Part shown: piece after piece, positions 20,646-30,862 of the stretch
Position numbering within the stretch: position 1 is the stretch's first letter
Layout: each line of letters starts with the position of its first letter
NCBI GenBank assembly: GCA_963666425.2
Contig: OY762825.2
Coordinates: 1,056,001 to 1,120,000, forward strand
Source of the DNA: Bacillota bacterium
GTDB lineage: Bacteria; Bacillota; JAAYKD01
Length of the DNA: 64,000 nucleotides
Reading direction: 5' to 3'
Notes under the pieces: model-generated
Databases searched by the model: none
What the model was told of the DNA's origin: nothing
What the model saw: the letters and a program-made list of their open reading frames with translations, nothing else
Translations under genes and position numbers: made by a program

Positions 20646-22127
20646 ATGAAATTGGCAAATGAAACCAACTTCTCAATCCCCCCTTCAGAATCGGAAGATA
20701 CCTCCTCTTCTGAACAAGTGATTCAGAAAAAAAACTTTTGGCGTGACCTTCTGCAAGGCTTAAAAACTCCCCTGCCTGCTGATTTGCCTGCCAAGGAAAT
20801 CTCACAAAAAGTCATCAGCATCGCCTGGCCGGCTTTGGTGGAGTCTTTTCTCATCCAGTTGGTTAGCATGGTCAGCACCATGATGGTAGGCGGCGTAGGG
20901 ACTTGGGCTATTGCCGCAATCGGCTATTGCACCCAGCCTCGTTTTCTGATATTAGCTATCTTTCAAGCCTTCAATACCGGCAGTACGGCTTTAATTGCCC
21001 GTGCGAAAGGAGCCGGTCATGAAGAAGATGCCAATGTGATCATGCATCAATCTCTCTTACTTTCCTTCGGTGCTTCGCTGGTCATGGGCAGCTTGGGTTA
21101 TTTATTTGCTACTCCCATGGTCGTCTTTATGGGTGCCAATGAACCGGCAACCATAGCTGCGGCAACGACTTATATGCGTGTCTTAATGCTGACTTTTCCT
21201 GCCAATGCTATAACTTTGGCAGCCACCGCCTGCCTACGCGGCATTGGCCGCACAAAAATCTCCATGACTTACAACATTGCCGCGAATTTGGTTAATGTGG
21301 CGGTTGGTTATGTCTTTATCAATGGTCACTTCGGCATGCCTGCGCTGGGGATTACAGGTGCCGCTCTTGGCATGGCGACCGGGCAAATCGTTTCTCTGGT
21401 AATCGCATTGTTTGCTTTAATTAACGGTTCCGATATGCTGCGGTTACGTTTCAAAATGCTTTTCCAAATCGTACCCCGTATCTTAAAAGGTGTATTGAGT
21501 ATAGGTTCTCCCGCCATGCTGGAACAATTGTTCATGCGTTCCGGTCAAATCATGTTTTCCATTGTGGTGGCTTCACTAGGAACCGATGCATTTGCAACGC
21601 ATACAATCGCCAATAATATCTTCTCAATGTCCATGATGATCGGACAATGCTTCGGTATTTCTGCCACTTCACTGATTGGACAGTCGTTAGGAAAAAAACG
21701 TCCCGATCATGGCAAGGCTTATGTGCAGCAATGCCGCCGTTATTCCATGCTGGTCTCGATGGGTTTGGCTGCCGCTTTCTTTCTATTCGGTAAAAATCTA
21801 ATGGGTATGTATACGGACGAAGCCGTCGTCATTGCCCAAGGCGCTGTCCTCTTAAGGATTGTGGCGGTCATCCAGCCGCTGCAATCATCGCAAATGGTTC
21901 TCTCCGGAGCCTTAAGAGGTGCCGGTGATACCAAAGCAGTCGCTATTTCTGCTTTTACCGGCATTGTCATTGTGCGTCCTATTGTGTCTTATATCATGGT
22001 ATATCTGCTCGGTGCCGGGTTGAATGGTGTTTGGCTGGCGATCGTTTTTGACCAGTGTATCCGTTCCGCTTATACCATGTGGCGTTTTTCTTCCGATCGA
22101 TGGAAAGACATCAAAGTAGCTATCTAG
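20646..22127 (+). CDS. MATE family efflux transporter
   Basis: Many TM segments, LRGIGRTK/LRGAGDTK repeats, GITGAALG. Confidence 0.92.
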   Translation: MKLANETNFSIPPSESEDTSSSEQVIQKKNFWRDLLQGLKTPLPADLPAKEISQKVISIAWPALVESFLIQLVSMVSTMMVGGVGTWAIAAIGYCTQPRFLILAIFQAFNTGSTALIARAKGAGHEEDANVIMHQSLLLSFGASLVMGSLGYLFATPMVVFMGANEPATIAAATTYMRVLMLTFPANAITLAATACLRGIGRTKISMTYNIAANLVNVAVGYVFINGHFGMPALGITGAALGMATGQIVSLVIALFALINGSDMLRLRFKMLFQIVPRILKGVLSIGSPAMLEQLFMRSGQIMFSIVVASLGTDAFATHTIANNIFSMSMMIGQCFGISATSLIGQSLGKKRPDHGKAYVQQCRRYSMLVSMGLAAAFFLFGKNLMGMYTDEAVVIAQGAVLLRIVAVIQPLQSSQMVLSGALRGAGDTKAVAISAFTGIVIVRPIVSYIMVYLLGAGLNGVWLAIVFDQCIRSAYTMWRFSSDRWKDIKVAI

Positions 22128-22129
22128 AT

Positions 22130-22184
22130 AAGAAAAATGAACGAGGAGTTGGGGTAAAAAACCCGACTCCTCGTTCATTTTTCT
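22130..22184. terminator. Bidirectional intrinsic terminator
   Basis: AAGAAAAATGAACGAGGAGTTGGG..CCCGACTCCTCGTTCATTTTTCTT long inverted repeat. Confidence 0.85.
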
Positions 22185-22204
22185 TGATTTTATCTTGGCT
22201 GTAT

Positions 22205-22939
22205 TCAAACGATGATCTTGCGCTGACCAAAAAGACCTTTGCGGATGGCAAGTGAATAAAGGTAGGGATAGGTCTTTTGCAGATTACGCATGGATTCGAC
22301 CCATTCGATCAGTAGTTTTTGGAAAGCGCGCTGGATATCCAGGTTCAAGTGCTGAAGGTCAGAAGCAGGCAGTGTCGTTAAAGATTCCCGGCTATGCAAC
22401 TCGTCATAGACATGATAGAGCGACCAAAGCAATTCTGTAAAGCGATCATGCTCCACCAGATTCGCATTTTCAAAGAGCCGCAGCAGGTCGTCTTTCTTCT
22501 TGAACAAAATCTGATGCAAGACCGGCAAATCATCAGTTTGGGCATCGGCTTTCAGCGGATATTGATTTAGATACAGAATTAGCTTGTTAAAATCCTGATC
22601 CTGCCAACCCACCTGCAATGCCAGCTTATCTGTAATTTCATTCAGATTCATGATGGAACCGCGAAATGCTTGGATCAATTCGATACCTGTCTCGGCATAA
22701 AATTCATTGATCACAACGCTGACTCGATTTAATTTTGCCTGATGCTCCCGCCGGATCAGCACCGCATTCATCCCTAACGTAACCAGCAAAACGCTGATCG
22801 GCAGAAATGCCATATCCTGCAGAAGATAAAACATGGTTTCATCGGGACGATGGAAAATGGTAATCTGACAGAGATAAATCACGACCGAGAAAACGATCAA
22901 AAAAAACACGAGTGCATTGGTTTGTAGATTCCGCTTCAC
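22205..22939 (-). CDS. Hypothetical membrane protein (2 N-terminal TM)
   Basis: 244-aa ORF with AGGAG RBS; no motif confidently recognised. Confidence 0.7.
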   Translation of the reverse strand: MKRNLQTNALVFFLIVFSVVIYLCQITIFHRPDETMFYLLQDMAFLPISVLLVTLGMNAVLIRREHQAKLNRVSVVINEFYAETGIELIQAFRGSIMNLNEITDKLALQVGWQDQDFNKLILYLNQYPLKADAQTDDLPVLHQILFKKKDDLLRLFENANLVEHDRFTELLWSLYHVYDELHSRESLTTLPASDLQHLNLDIQRAFQKLLIEWVESMRNLQKTYPYLYSLAIRKGLFGQRKIIV

Positions 22940-23084
22940 TTGCTGCTCCTTCCTGCATCAGAACGAATTTTCAAAGTGTCAAACTTCATTTGAGAATTGC
23001 AGATTACCGTTCATCATAGGATTCTCAGACAAATCTATCCTTCGATTCAGTGTTGATTTCTTCTTGTGACCTGACTGTTTCAAA

Positions 23085-23978
23085 TCAACCAGGAAACCCT
23101 TCCGCATCAAATCGCCTGCGATAGCCGCATTTTCTGCAAAGATCTTCGACGGCTTCTTTTCTGGTAAAACCATCAAACAAATTCTTTGATCTTTTGCTTT
23201 CAATGATTTCCGCAAAAGGTTTTTCCTTTATATTGCCCAAATTGATCACACCCTCGCCATCGAGGCAGCATGGCAACACTGTGCCATCAACCAATATCGC
23301 CGCTTGTCGGCGCAGTCCAAAACAAAATCCTGTCCTGCTCTCTTCGGTTAAAGCGAGATCCGGCCAAATGAACTGATACTCCTGATTGAGATAGATTCTT
23401 TCAGCCAGTTGAATGTTTTTATGCGAAATAACCGTTTCCCGAATTGGTTCCGACAACGAAAATTCTTCTTCAATCCAAGCGAGCAGCTCCTGATTCAGCC
23501 TTTCCTCAGTATCGGCCGTTTGGTTTTCTCCCAGATTCCACAAGCGAAGAGAAACAAAAAGCTTGGTTTTTTGCATCGCTGCTTTGCTAAAAGAAAAAAT
23601 CTGCGCCATATATTCTGCTTTGTTCTGCCTGCTGTCCTTTTGACCTGTGCTATGCAAGGAAAAATTGATCTGCCGCAGAGCTGGTTTCGTCAGAAGCAAT
23701 TCCTGCACCTGACCAATCAGTGTTCCGTTGGTCGTCAGGTTAACCTGAAAGCCCTTTTCCTGGCAGAGATCCAGGAACTGTCCGAGTTCCGGATGCAGCA
23801 GCGGTTCTCCTTTCACATGGAAATAAAGCGAATCGGTATAGGCTTTGATTTGCTCCAAGATGGCAGCAAAGGTTGCGTAACTCATAAATTCTGCTTTGCG
23901 GCCGGTGCGTGGACAGAAATCACAGGCGAGATTGCAGACGTTGGTGATTTCAATATAGATTTTCTTAAATCTTTTCAA
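23085..23978 (-). CDS. Radical SAM/SPASM(Twitch) domain protein
   Basis: CNLACDFC, GEPLLHP, TTNGT, C-terminal C..GTVLPCC..LGNI..CRKC. Confidence 0.9.
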   Translation of the reverse strand: MKRFKKIYIEITNVCNLACDFCPRTGRKAEFMSYATFAAILEQIKAYTDSLYFHVKGEPLLHPELGQFLDLCQEKGFQVNLTTNGTLIGQVQELLLTKPALRQINFSLHSTGQKDSRQNKAEYMAQIFSFSKAAMQKTKLFVSLRLWNLGENQTADTEERLNQELLAWIEEEFSLSEPIRETVISHKNIQLAERIYLNQEYQFIWPDLALTEESRTGFCFGLRRQAAILVDGTVLPCCLDGEGVINLGNIKEKPFAEIIESKRSKNLFDGFTRKEAVEDLCRKCGYRRRFDAEGFPG

Positions 23979-24026
23979 TTACGCCTCCCCGCGTCAGATT
24001 GCCCACATTCAGTCAGTTCGCTTGCA

Positions 24027-24707
24027 CTATTCTTTCAAAATACTGCTTTTAGGAAAAGACGCTGCCTCGTTTCGATTTTCTCTCTTAGAATAGCCGAGGT
24101 GTGAATGTGCCACAACCCCGTCCCCTTGGCACATGTACTTTTTGCCGAATTCCGCATGTGCTAGGGCGGAATACTTTTGCACGAATTGGCTTTTAGCCTG
24201 CGTATAACCATCCCGATTATGCTCGTATTGTTTCCAGAGGCCCAGTTTTAACTGTGCATATTCTTCTGCAATTGCCGGATGGGCAAGCAGATAATCCCGA
24301 AAATACAATTCATCCCAGTCTGCATAATAACGGACATGAAGATGAAACACCCGCTCGGCAAAGCCGTTTTGGGTGTAGCCCTGATTGAATTCAAGCCGGA
24401 GTTCAGGTTGATCTTCGGACAACATCAGTATCCAGCCTGCCTGAAGCAGCTGATCTTTCAGCTCTGTTAAGTTACAGCTTCGGTCCACTTCCAGTAAGAT
24501 ATCGATAGTCGGTTTGGAGATCAATCCCGGAACTGCGCTGCTGCCAATGTGATTGATACGGATAATTGGAATCCCGGTCAAATTGTTCCTGATCTCTTCT
24601 TCTTTTGCCAGGTACCATGCTCGGTAAGCCGGATTATGATCCTTTAGTATGATCGGAAACAGTTGCCATAGTTCCTGCAAAGACAATTCAGACAATGGTT
24701 TTCCCAT
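24027..24707 (-). CDS. GrpB (UPF0157) family protein
   Basis: HIGSSAVPGLISKPTIDILL, HLHVR, FRDYL, YTQAK. Confidence 0.88.
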   Translation of the reverse strand: MGKPLSELSLQELWQLFPIILKDHNPAYRAWYLAKEEEIRNNLTGIPIIRINHIGSSAVPGLISKPTIDILLEVDRSCNLTELKDQLLQAGWILMLSEDQPELRLEFNQGYTQNGFAERVFHLHVRYYADWDELYFRDYLLAHPAIAEEYAQLKLGLWKQYEHNRDGYTQAKSQFVQKYSALAHAEFGKKYMCQGDGVVAHSHLGYSKRENRNEAASFPKSSILKE

Positions 24708-24781
24708 CGTTACCTTTCTCCTCGCTGTGGTTGACCGCAAAACGGCCATAGTTAATAAAGTTTGTTTTTGAATTTGCTGAA

Positions 24782-25246
24782 CTAAAAGACGATATCTACG
24801 ATAAAATCTTCCCGATCGGCTGTTGCTTTTTGAAAGTCCAGGCGATACTTATAGTTGTTGGCAAAGACAAGCGCATCTGTTGGCGTGATTTTCAGAATAC
24901 AGGTGTTTGCATCGGTTTCATCCACATGCTGATCGTAAAATGCGGAAAATACCTGCTTTAATTCATTGCGCAACCTCAAGTTTTCTGCTTTCAGGGGGTG
25001 TCCCAGATTTTCACCTTCACCATGCGCTACGAAAAGATGATAGCAGAGGGCAACAGAGGGATTGCGCGCAATTTCCTGCATTTTTCTGCTCAAAGCATAG
25101 GTCGTGATGTAAAAAGCACCTGCTTTGTAATAGGCGTTGATGTTGCGGACATTTGCTTTGCCGTCGTTGACAGTAGCAAGCGACATCACCGTATCTTGGC
25201 CAAATTGTTCAGACATGACTGTGAGTGCTTCCTTAAAATAAGCCAT
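24782..25246 (-). CDS. Pyridoxamine 5'-phosphate oxidase-like FMN-binding protein
   Basis: MSLATV..NVR..FYITTYALSRKMQEIARNPSVA. Confidence 0.82.
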   Translation of the reverse strand: MAYFKEALTVMSEQFGQDTVMSLATVNDGKANVRNINAYYKAGAFYITTYALSRKMQEIARNPSVALCYHLFVAHGEGENLGHPLKAENLRLRNELKQVFSAFYDQHVDETDANTCILKITPTDALVFANNYKYRLDFQKATADREDFIVDIVF

Positions 25247-25299
25247 CTGTTTTCTCCTTTGCTGGAATTGCAGCAACAAAGTACTGAGCAGCACTTTAT

Positions 25300-25815
25300 T
25301 TAGCTGCCGCGTTTCACCGAAAATAGTAAATGCGGCATATCTACACCGCGATAATGTTTCACGAATTTCTTGGCAAGGGTCATCCCATTGCGGATGGCTA
25401 CCATTTGAGAAGCGATGTTGGTATCGCGGATGATCGAAAAAACCTCATCGGCGTTTAGTTGTTCAAAAGCGTATTTTTTGCAGGCAATCGCCGCTTCGGA
25501 AGCATAACCCTGATGCCAATAGGCTTTTTGCAATAAGTAACCGATTTCAAGGATTTGCTCTCCTTCGCAGTCCTGCATGCTCAGCCCACATTGGCCAATC
25601 ATCTCATTGGTTGCTTTCAAAATAACCGCCCATAAACCAAAGCCATTTTCTTGATAACGCTTCAATTGTCTGTCAAGCCATTGCTGCGCTTCTTCATCTG
25701 TGAAAGCACCTTCATAAGCAACCATCACTTCTTCATCCTGCAGTATTTTACACAAGGCAGGATAGTCCGCTTGCTGCATTTCCCTCAAAGCTAGTCTTGC
25801 TGTTTCTAAAATCAT
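25300..25815 (-). CDS. GNAT N-acetyltransferase (RimJ/RimL family)
   Basis: LETARLALR, EIGY..YWHQGYASEAA, NIASQ. Confidence 0.9.
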   Translation of the reverse strand: MILETARLALREMQQADYPALCKILQDEEVMVAYEGAFTDEEAQQWLDRQLKRYQENGFGLWAVILKATNEMIGQCGLSMQDCEGEQILEIGYLLQKAYWHQGYASEAAIACKKYAFEQLNADEVFSIIRDTNIASQMVAIRNGMTLAKKFVKHYRGVDMPHLLFSVKRGS

Positions 25816-26194
25816 TCTGCACCTCCCAATAAAAATAATTCTGCATCATGATTATCTCGTATTTCCTATAAATTTATCATATTAAAATGCAAGAGTCAAT
25901 GCTGTTTCTGTATGTTTCTGCTTTTTAAAACCGCGCAGATTGCAATAGCAAGTTGCAATAGTCCTGAATTAGCAATGACTTATGGTAGAACGATATGGGA
26001 TTTCTAAGTTCGGGTTTTCACCCTCTCTCCGTAATCACATATCGATGGCCGCCGGTCAAGTGGTGTAAATTCGGTCAAGTTTTTTTCAAACATTTCTTCC
26101 GGAGTATGGTAACACAGAATCTTTCATGGCAAAGCGCTATAATGGTCTAGGAAAACTCGACAAAAAGAGAGCATGAAGATGATGAACCTGCTAT

Positions 26195-26484
26195 AAGGCA
26201 GCCAATTTACCAGTCACGATTACACCGACTTTCTAAAAGCCAACCAGATTCAGATCAGCATGGATGGTAAAGGCCGCTGGGCAGACAATATTTTAATAGA
26301 ACGTTGGTTCCGCATGCTGAAATATGAAAGGGTTTATCTGAAAGAGTATCTCAACATAAGAGAAGCCAGGCAACAAATAGCTGCTTTTATCTATACCTAC
26401 AATTACGAGCGCTTGCACTCCGCCTTGGACTACCAAGCGCCTGCAAAAGTTTACCAGCCGGTTCTATTGAAAAAAAGCACCTGA
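26195..26484 (+). mobile_element. IS3-family transposase OrfB C-terminal fragment (pseudogene)
   Basis: GSQFTSHDYTDFLKANQIQISMDGKGRWADNILIERWFRMLKYE..YNYERLHSALDYQAP; N-terminal part missing. Confidence 0.85.
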
Positions 26485-26640
26485 TCCACCGCCGACCTTG
26501 ACCCTGCCAGTTTCTCTAAAAGGTCAGCCCTGTTTTCCATGGTTACATAACCTCCAGTTATTGATCAAGTAAAATTTAAAAATTCAAGATCTCAATTTCA
26601 TTGGCGTGCGCTCAATCTTGATCTGTATAACTACGACAAG

Positions 26641-28293
26641 TCAATTGATAATCATAAACTGAAAGCCCTTTTCTCTGAATAATGTAACGCAGGCATCCAC
26701 GACTGCGCAGTCATATTTTTTTCCTCTGTATAAAGAGATTTCTTCTAGTGCAGCATCAATACCCAAAGCCGGTCTATAGGGCCGGTGTGAAGTCATTGCA
26801 TCTACTACATCCGCTACAGCCAATATCCTGCTCTCGAGGATGATTTGCTCTCCTACAAGCTTTTGCGGATAGCCGGAACCATCCAGACGTTCATGATGCT
26901 GATGAATCATCTCGAGTACCTGTGGCGGGAAATCAATTTCCTTGACGATTTCATAGCCAGATTCAGCGTGGGTCTGCAAGACTTGATACTCAAGAGTGGA
27001 TATTTTGCCAGGCTTGTTGAGAATATCGGAAGCGACGCTGATTTTGCCAATGTCATGGATCAGAGCACCGCTTGAAATATTGCTGATTTTCTCGTCTGAC
27101 AGTCCCAACTCTTGGGCGATTGCGCAAGCCAGTTCTGCCACTTTTCTTTGATGCCCTGCAGTGTAAACGTCCTTCAATTCACTAATCTTTGAGATAGCTC
27201 CGATGGTCTGGCTAAGTCTGAGAACCAGTGATTGGTTCATTTTTCTAAGTTGCTGGTCTCTATTTACAATTTCGCTGTTCATTTTCTCAAAATCGCCGCC
27301 AAGAATTTGGAGCTCGCGAAATTTCTGTGGGCTTAAGCTGAGGTCATAATTACCTGCTGCAATTTTATTGGATTGTCTGGAAAATTCCAATATGGAGGTG
27401 GATATGGATTTTGATTTTACAAAAAAGAAAACGGACAAACCAAGAATTAAAAACGCAAAAACATACAGTAGATTATTAATACTTGTTATTGGTTTGGAAA
27501 TATAATCCATAGATGTATATATGGCAACATACCATTTAAATGTATCTAGATATACAATATTGACCAATGCGTTTTCTTTATCGGATCTGTAAGATCCCGT
27601 TTTATCCTCAATAGACTTCTGAATAAGAGGAAATTCATCATTAACGTCTCGCCGCGAAATGACTGATTGATTATAATAGGTTAAATACGTTCCCCTTTCA
27701 TCCATGACTGTAAGCTTCGTACTATCTCCCATATATTCGGCGAAATTCGTGAATATTTCGCTGATTTTATTGGCATCCATATAAATTACCAATATTTGAT
27801 CACCCATTTTTTGAGAAAGAGTAATGACCGGTTCTCCTGTAAAAAAAAATGTAAAAATCTTTGACCAGTATATTTCACCATTCGGCTTGACATTTTTATA
27901 GAATGTCTCACCGGATCTGTCCATGCCCTCTGAATCAAATTTGTTGGGTACAGAATGAGTAACGGTTCCGCTCTGGTCAGTGATCTCAATAGCCATAATG
28001 AACTCACTGGAGTTTACACTATAACTCAAAAATTGTTCAATATTTTTCTCCAAAACGATTTCTGAGATAAGTATGCTCTGGATTTCGCGTGCTTGATGCT
28101 CTTGATCAAACATACGCTGCTGTAAGTTATTCGTGATCCCCTGAACCATGATCCGACCATTCTGAATGGCGCTGCTGTTAAGTTGGGCGGAAATAACATT
28201 ATTAATGATGGCTACGATGAAGATGAATACAAGAAGCGTTGACAGCGTATTCAAATATAGTACACTTACTATCGACTTACTTTGCTTCATCAT
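26641..28293 (-). CDS. Membrane HD-GYP phosphodiesterase (TM-Cache-like-TM-HAMP-HD-GYP)
   Basis: Two TM segments flank an extracellular domain with YWSKIF..TGEPVITLS; YTAGHQ, ALIHDIGKI, HHERLDGSGYP, HRPYR. Confidence 0.9.
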   Translation of the reverse strand: MMKQSKSIVSVLYLNTLSTLLVFIFIVAIINNVISAQLNSSAIQNGRIMVQGITNNLQQRMFDQEHQAREIQSILISEIVLEKNIEQFLSYSVNSSEFIMAIEITDQSGTVTHSVPNKFDSEGMDRSGETFYKNVKPNGEIYWSKIFTFFFTGEPVITLSQKMGDQILVIYMDANKISEIFTNFAEYMGDSTKLTVMDERGTYLTYYNQSVISRRDVNDEFPLIQKSIEDKTGSYRSDKENALVNIVYLDTFKWYVAIYTSMDYISKPITSINNLLYVFAFLILGLSVFFFVKSKSISTSILEFSRQSNKIAAGNYDLSLSPQKFRELQILGGDFEKMNSEIVNRDQQLRKMNQSLVLRLSQTIGAISKISELKDVYTAGHQRKVAELACAIAQELGLSDEKISNISSGALIHDIGKISVASDILNKPGKISTLEYQVLQTHAESGYEIVKEIDFPPQVLEMIHQHHERLDGSGYPQKLVGEQIILESRILAVADVVDAMTSHRPYRPALGIDAALEEISLYRGKKYDCAVVDACVTLFREKGFQFMIIN

Positions 28294-29461
28294 AGTCAGC
28301 TCCCTCCGTCATGATGAATTCACCGTCCTTAATGGTATACGAGTAACAGTCTCGAATTATATCTCCGCTTGCAGTAAACGAGATGAAATCCTGAAGGCCC
28401 TCGAAGTTCTTCTTTGTAAGTATATATTCAATTAATTGATCCGGTTCCGTAATATTTGTTTTCATCATCGCCTCAGCCAATACCGTAACCGCCTCATATG
28501 AAAACATGGATGAGAAATTTGGATGACTCCCGAAGATCTGAATATATTTATCGACAAAATCAAGATATTTCCGGTCATTCGTATTCGTTTTAAAAAAGTT
28601 TACCAAATGTGCACCTTCAATGGATTTGCCACCGTGTTCGAGCAGGTCACTGGTCATTGCCCACGAAGGCAGATAAAAAGCAAGGTAGAAGTTGTTCTTA
28701 TAGAAACTCTGACTAAGGAAAGACACATTATCTGCACCCGATATAACAAACACGGCCTCGGCGCCTGAATCCCGGATATTTTTTAACAATACGTATGAAT
28801 CTATAGATTCCACAATAAATTCTTCATCTAAGACGACTTGGCCGCCTAAAGCCACATAGTCTATTATGAATTGATTTTTAAGGCCCTCAGAGAAAAGAAG
28901 ATTTGACCCATCGTACAAAACTGCTGCCTTGTGAATGTTGTTCTCTATCATGTCTTCGGCAATTTTTCGAGCCTGCTCTTTGTTGGAAGGAATCATACGC
29001 AAAAAGTAATCATCTATATCGGACAGATATTCGGCGGAAATAGTAGGACTAAGCATTAGAATTTTCTTTTCATTAACATAGGGTATGGTAAGCTCAGCCA
29101 TATCACTTGTCATATGACCTATGATAACTTTAATGTCTTCTTTATTAAATTCCTGATCGACTTCAAGAGCTGTTTCTTTATCATTCTTGTCGTCTTTTAT
29201 GACGAGCTTAATGAGTCGGCCGTTGACTCCGCCCGATTCATTGATTTCATCAACTGCTAGCTTTGCACCGTTTCTACTAGAAACACCTAGTTCCGAATTG
29301 GCACCTGAAAGAGAAGCGGTAAAGCCAATCTGTATCGAATCTGCATGTCCGTATGAGGTTACAAGCACGTAAGCCACAACACAAATCAGTAAAACAAAAA
29401 CCAGTATACTGGCAAAGCCAAGACTTTTTTTGGAGGATAGCTTCATATTTTTAAACCACAT
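28277..29461 (-). CDS. Solute-binding protein, LivJ-like (type 1 periplasmic binding fold)
   Basis: IGFTASLSG..GAKLAVDEINESGGVNGRLIKLVIKDD; overlaps the HD-GYP start. Confidence 0.88.
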   Translation of the reverse strand: MWFKNMKLSSKKSLGFASILVFVLLICVVAYVLVTSYGHADSIQIGFTASLSGANSELGVSSRNGAKLAVDEINESGGVNGRLIKLVIKDDKNDKETALEVDQEFNKEDIKVIIGHMTSDMAELTIPYVNEKKILMLSPTISAEYLSDIDDYFLRMIPSNKEQARKIAEDMIENNIHKAAVLYDGSNLLFSEGLKNQFIIDYVALGGQVVLDEEFIVESIDSYVLLKNIRDSGAEAVFVISGADNVSFLSQSFYKNNFYLAFYLPSWAMTSDLLEHGGKSIEGAHLVNFFKTNTNDRKYLDFVDKYIQIFGSHPNFSSMFSYEAVTVLAEAMMKTNITEPDQLIEYILTKKNFEGLQDFISFTASGDIIRDCYSYTIKDGEFIMTEGADYDEAK

Positions 29462-29593
29462 ATCTTCATCTCCTATGATGATTTTCAAAAATCAGAATTG
29501 GTGCTGTCACTGTTCTTAAAACAATGGTGCTATTAACTTATAATGATCTGTAAAATCTCTTAAAACAAGAGCATGAAGACACTGAACCTGCTG

Positions 29594-29993
29594 TGATGAA
29601 ACCAAAGAAAAGAACGCAGAACGAAGAGAAGAATATGCAGCGACCTATGTTAACAGAGATCATTTTGGATGCATTGTTCCAGTGTGGCAAGGCACCTATG
29701 TTGAGAGGGCACCTCACTTCCACAGCTTCATAACGTGAACGGTGGGCTGCTGCACACATGAATCCGCTATTAGTTTACTGTGAGTTGTTTATTCCCCATT
29801 CTTTTGTGTGAAATGTTACTATATCACTCTAAAATTCTCTCTTGGTAATAAAATACCTTTCATTATGAATTTTATAATTATCGAACGGGTTCATTGGAAA
29901 CGGTCAAAAACCTAACCCACACCTTCAACACGAATGACCCTAAGGGAACCTATCAACCACTCACATCTTTAACGATTTCCTCTAGGGGTGTGC
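29594..29993. repeat. ~400-bp direct repeat, copy 1 (other copy 34231-34631)
   Basis: Shared identical core GCACCTATGTTGAGAGGGCACCTCACTTCCACAGCTTCATAACGTGAACGGTG; alignable throughout. Confidence 0.92.
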
Positions 29994-29996
29994 AAA

Positions 29997-30861
29997 ATCG
30001 GGTAGGAAGCTATCCATAAATTGGATAGTCGACCTTCCACAGCACCGTACGTACCGTTCAGTGTACGGCGCTTCCTCAGTTACAAAATTATCAACTTGTA
30101 ACAGTCTGTGAAAAGTATAGTAACCGGCTCATAGAAAGCGCTTGTTAGAGAGAGCACGGCATAGAATTGGGCTATGGGCTGTTCGCCAATAGCTCTTGCT
30201 TGTATTTGTCCACATCCATGCCAGCTCAGTTTTGATTCCAAGATGAACCAGCTGAGTGTAGCGTGTTTTCGCTCGCTTCCATCGCTTCCCGGTGACCGGC
30301 TTCTTGTCCACTCATCCAGGTCTACTACATAATGGTAGCCCTCGCTTAGGTTGTCTTGACACTTTCTTAGTGCATCATGGGTGCCTCGCTTCGGTCGAAA
30401 ACCATAACTGTTCATCTACTCCGCCCTCGCCTTTATTGTGTTTCACTTGTTTGTAGGCGTGGTTCAGATTATCCGGCGTCTGGATTTGTTCCAGCAATCC
30501 GTTCTCAGTTTGTCTTGTGTCGGTGATGTCTGTTTCTATCGTCCTTGGCAGCTGACACGCTTCCGCATACTTTCCCCGTTCCGTGAGATCTCCCACGGTA
30601 AGATGCGTTACTTTTCTCCCATAGATCCGCCGTATATATACCCTAGTATCTGGGTAGTGATTTGAATTTCGTCTTGTTTGGCAGACTCGTCCTACTTTGA
30701 GTGCCTGATACGGTTCGTGTTCCTCGGACTGGGAGTTTGCTCATCACGTTTCCTTCAGATTCCGCCTCGCGATGGACACCCTTGCGCTTGGCTAATGGTT
30801 GGCTACTACCTACCCCCACAGCGGACTTTCACCGCCTTGTTCCGCACCATGCGTGGCGCAC
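29997..30861 (-). mobile_element. Class IIC group II intron with internally deleted RT ORF
   Basis: 5' GTGCGCCACGCATGG directly after an intrinsic terminator; domain V/VI GAAGCGCCGTACACTGAACGGTACGTACGGTGCT..CCTACCCGAT at the 3' end; RT remnants NLNHAYKQVKHNKGEGGVD, SYGFRPKRGTHDAL, and a domain X tail. Confidence 0.9.
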
Positions 30862-30862
30862 C

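Noticed and set aside
26008-26031. GTTCGGGTTTTCACCCTCTCTCCG resembles the 3' end of tRNA-Ser (possible att site)
   Set aside because: The match is imperfect and in inverted orientation relative to the tRNA; att duplications are direct repeats, and no integrase is present.
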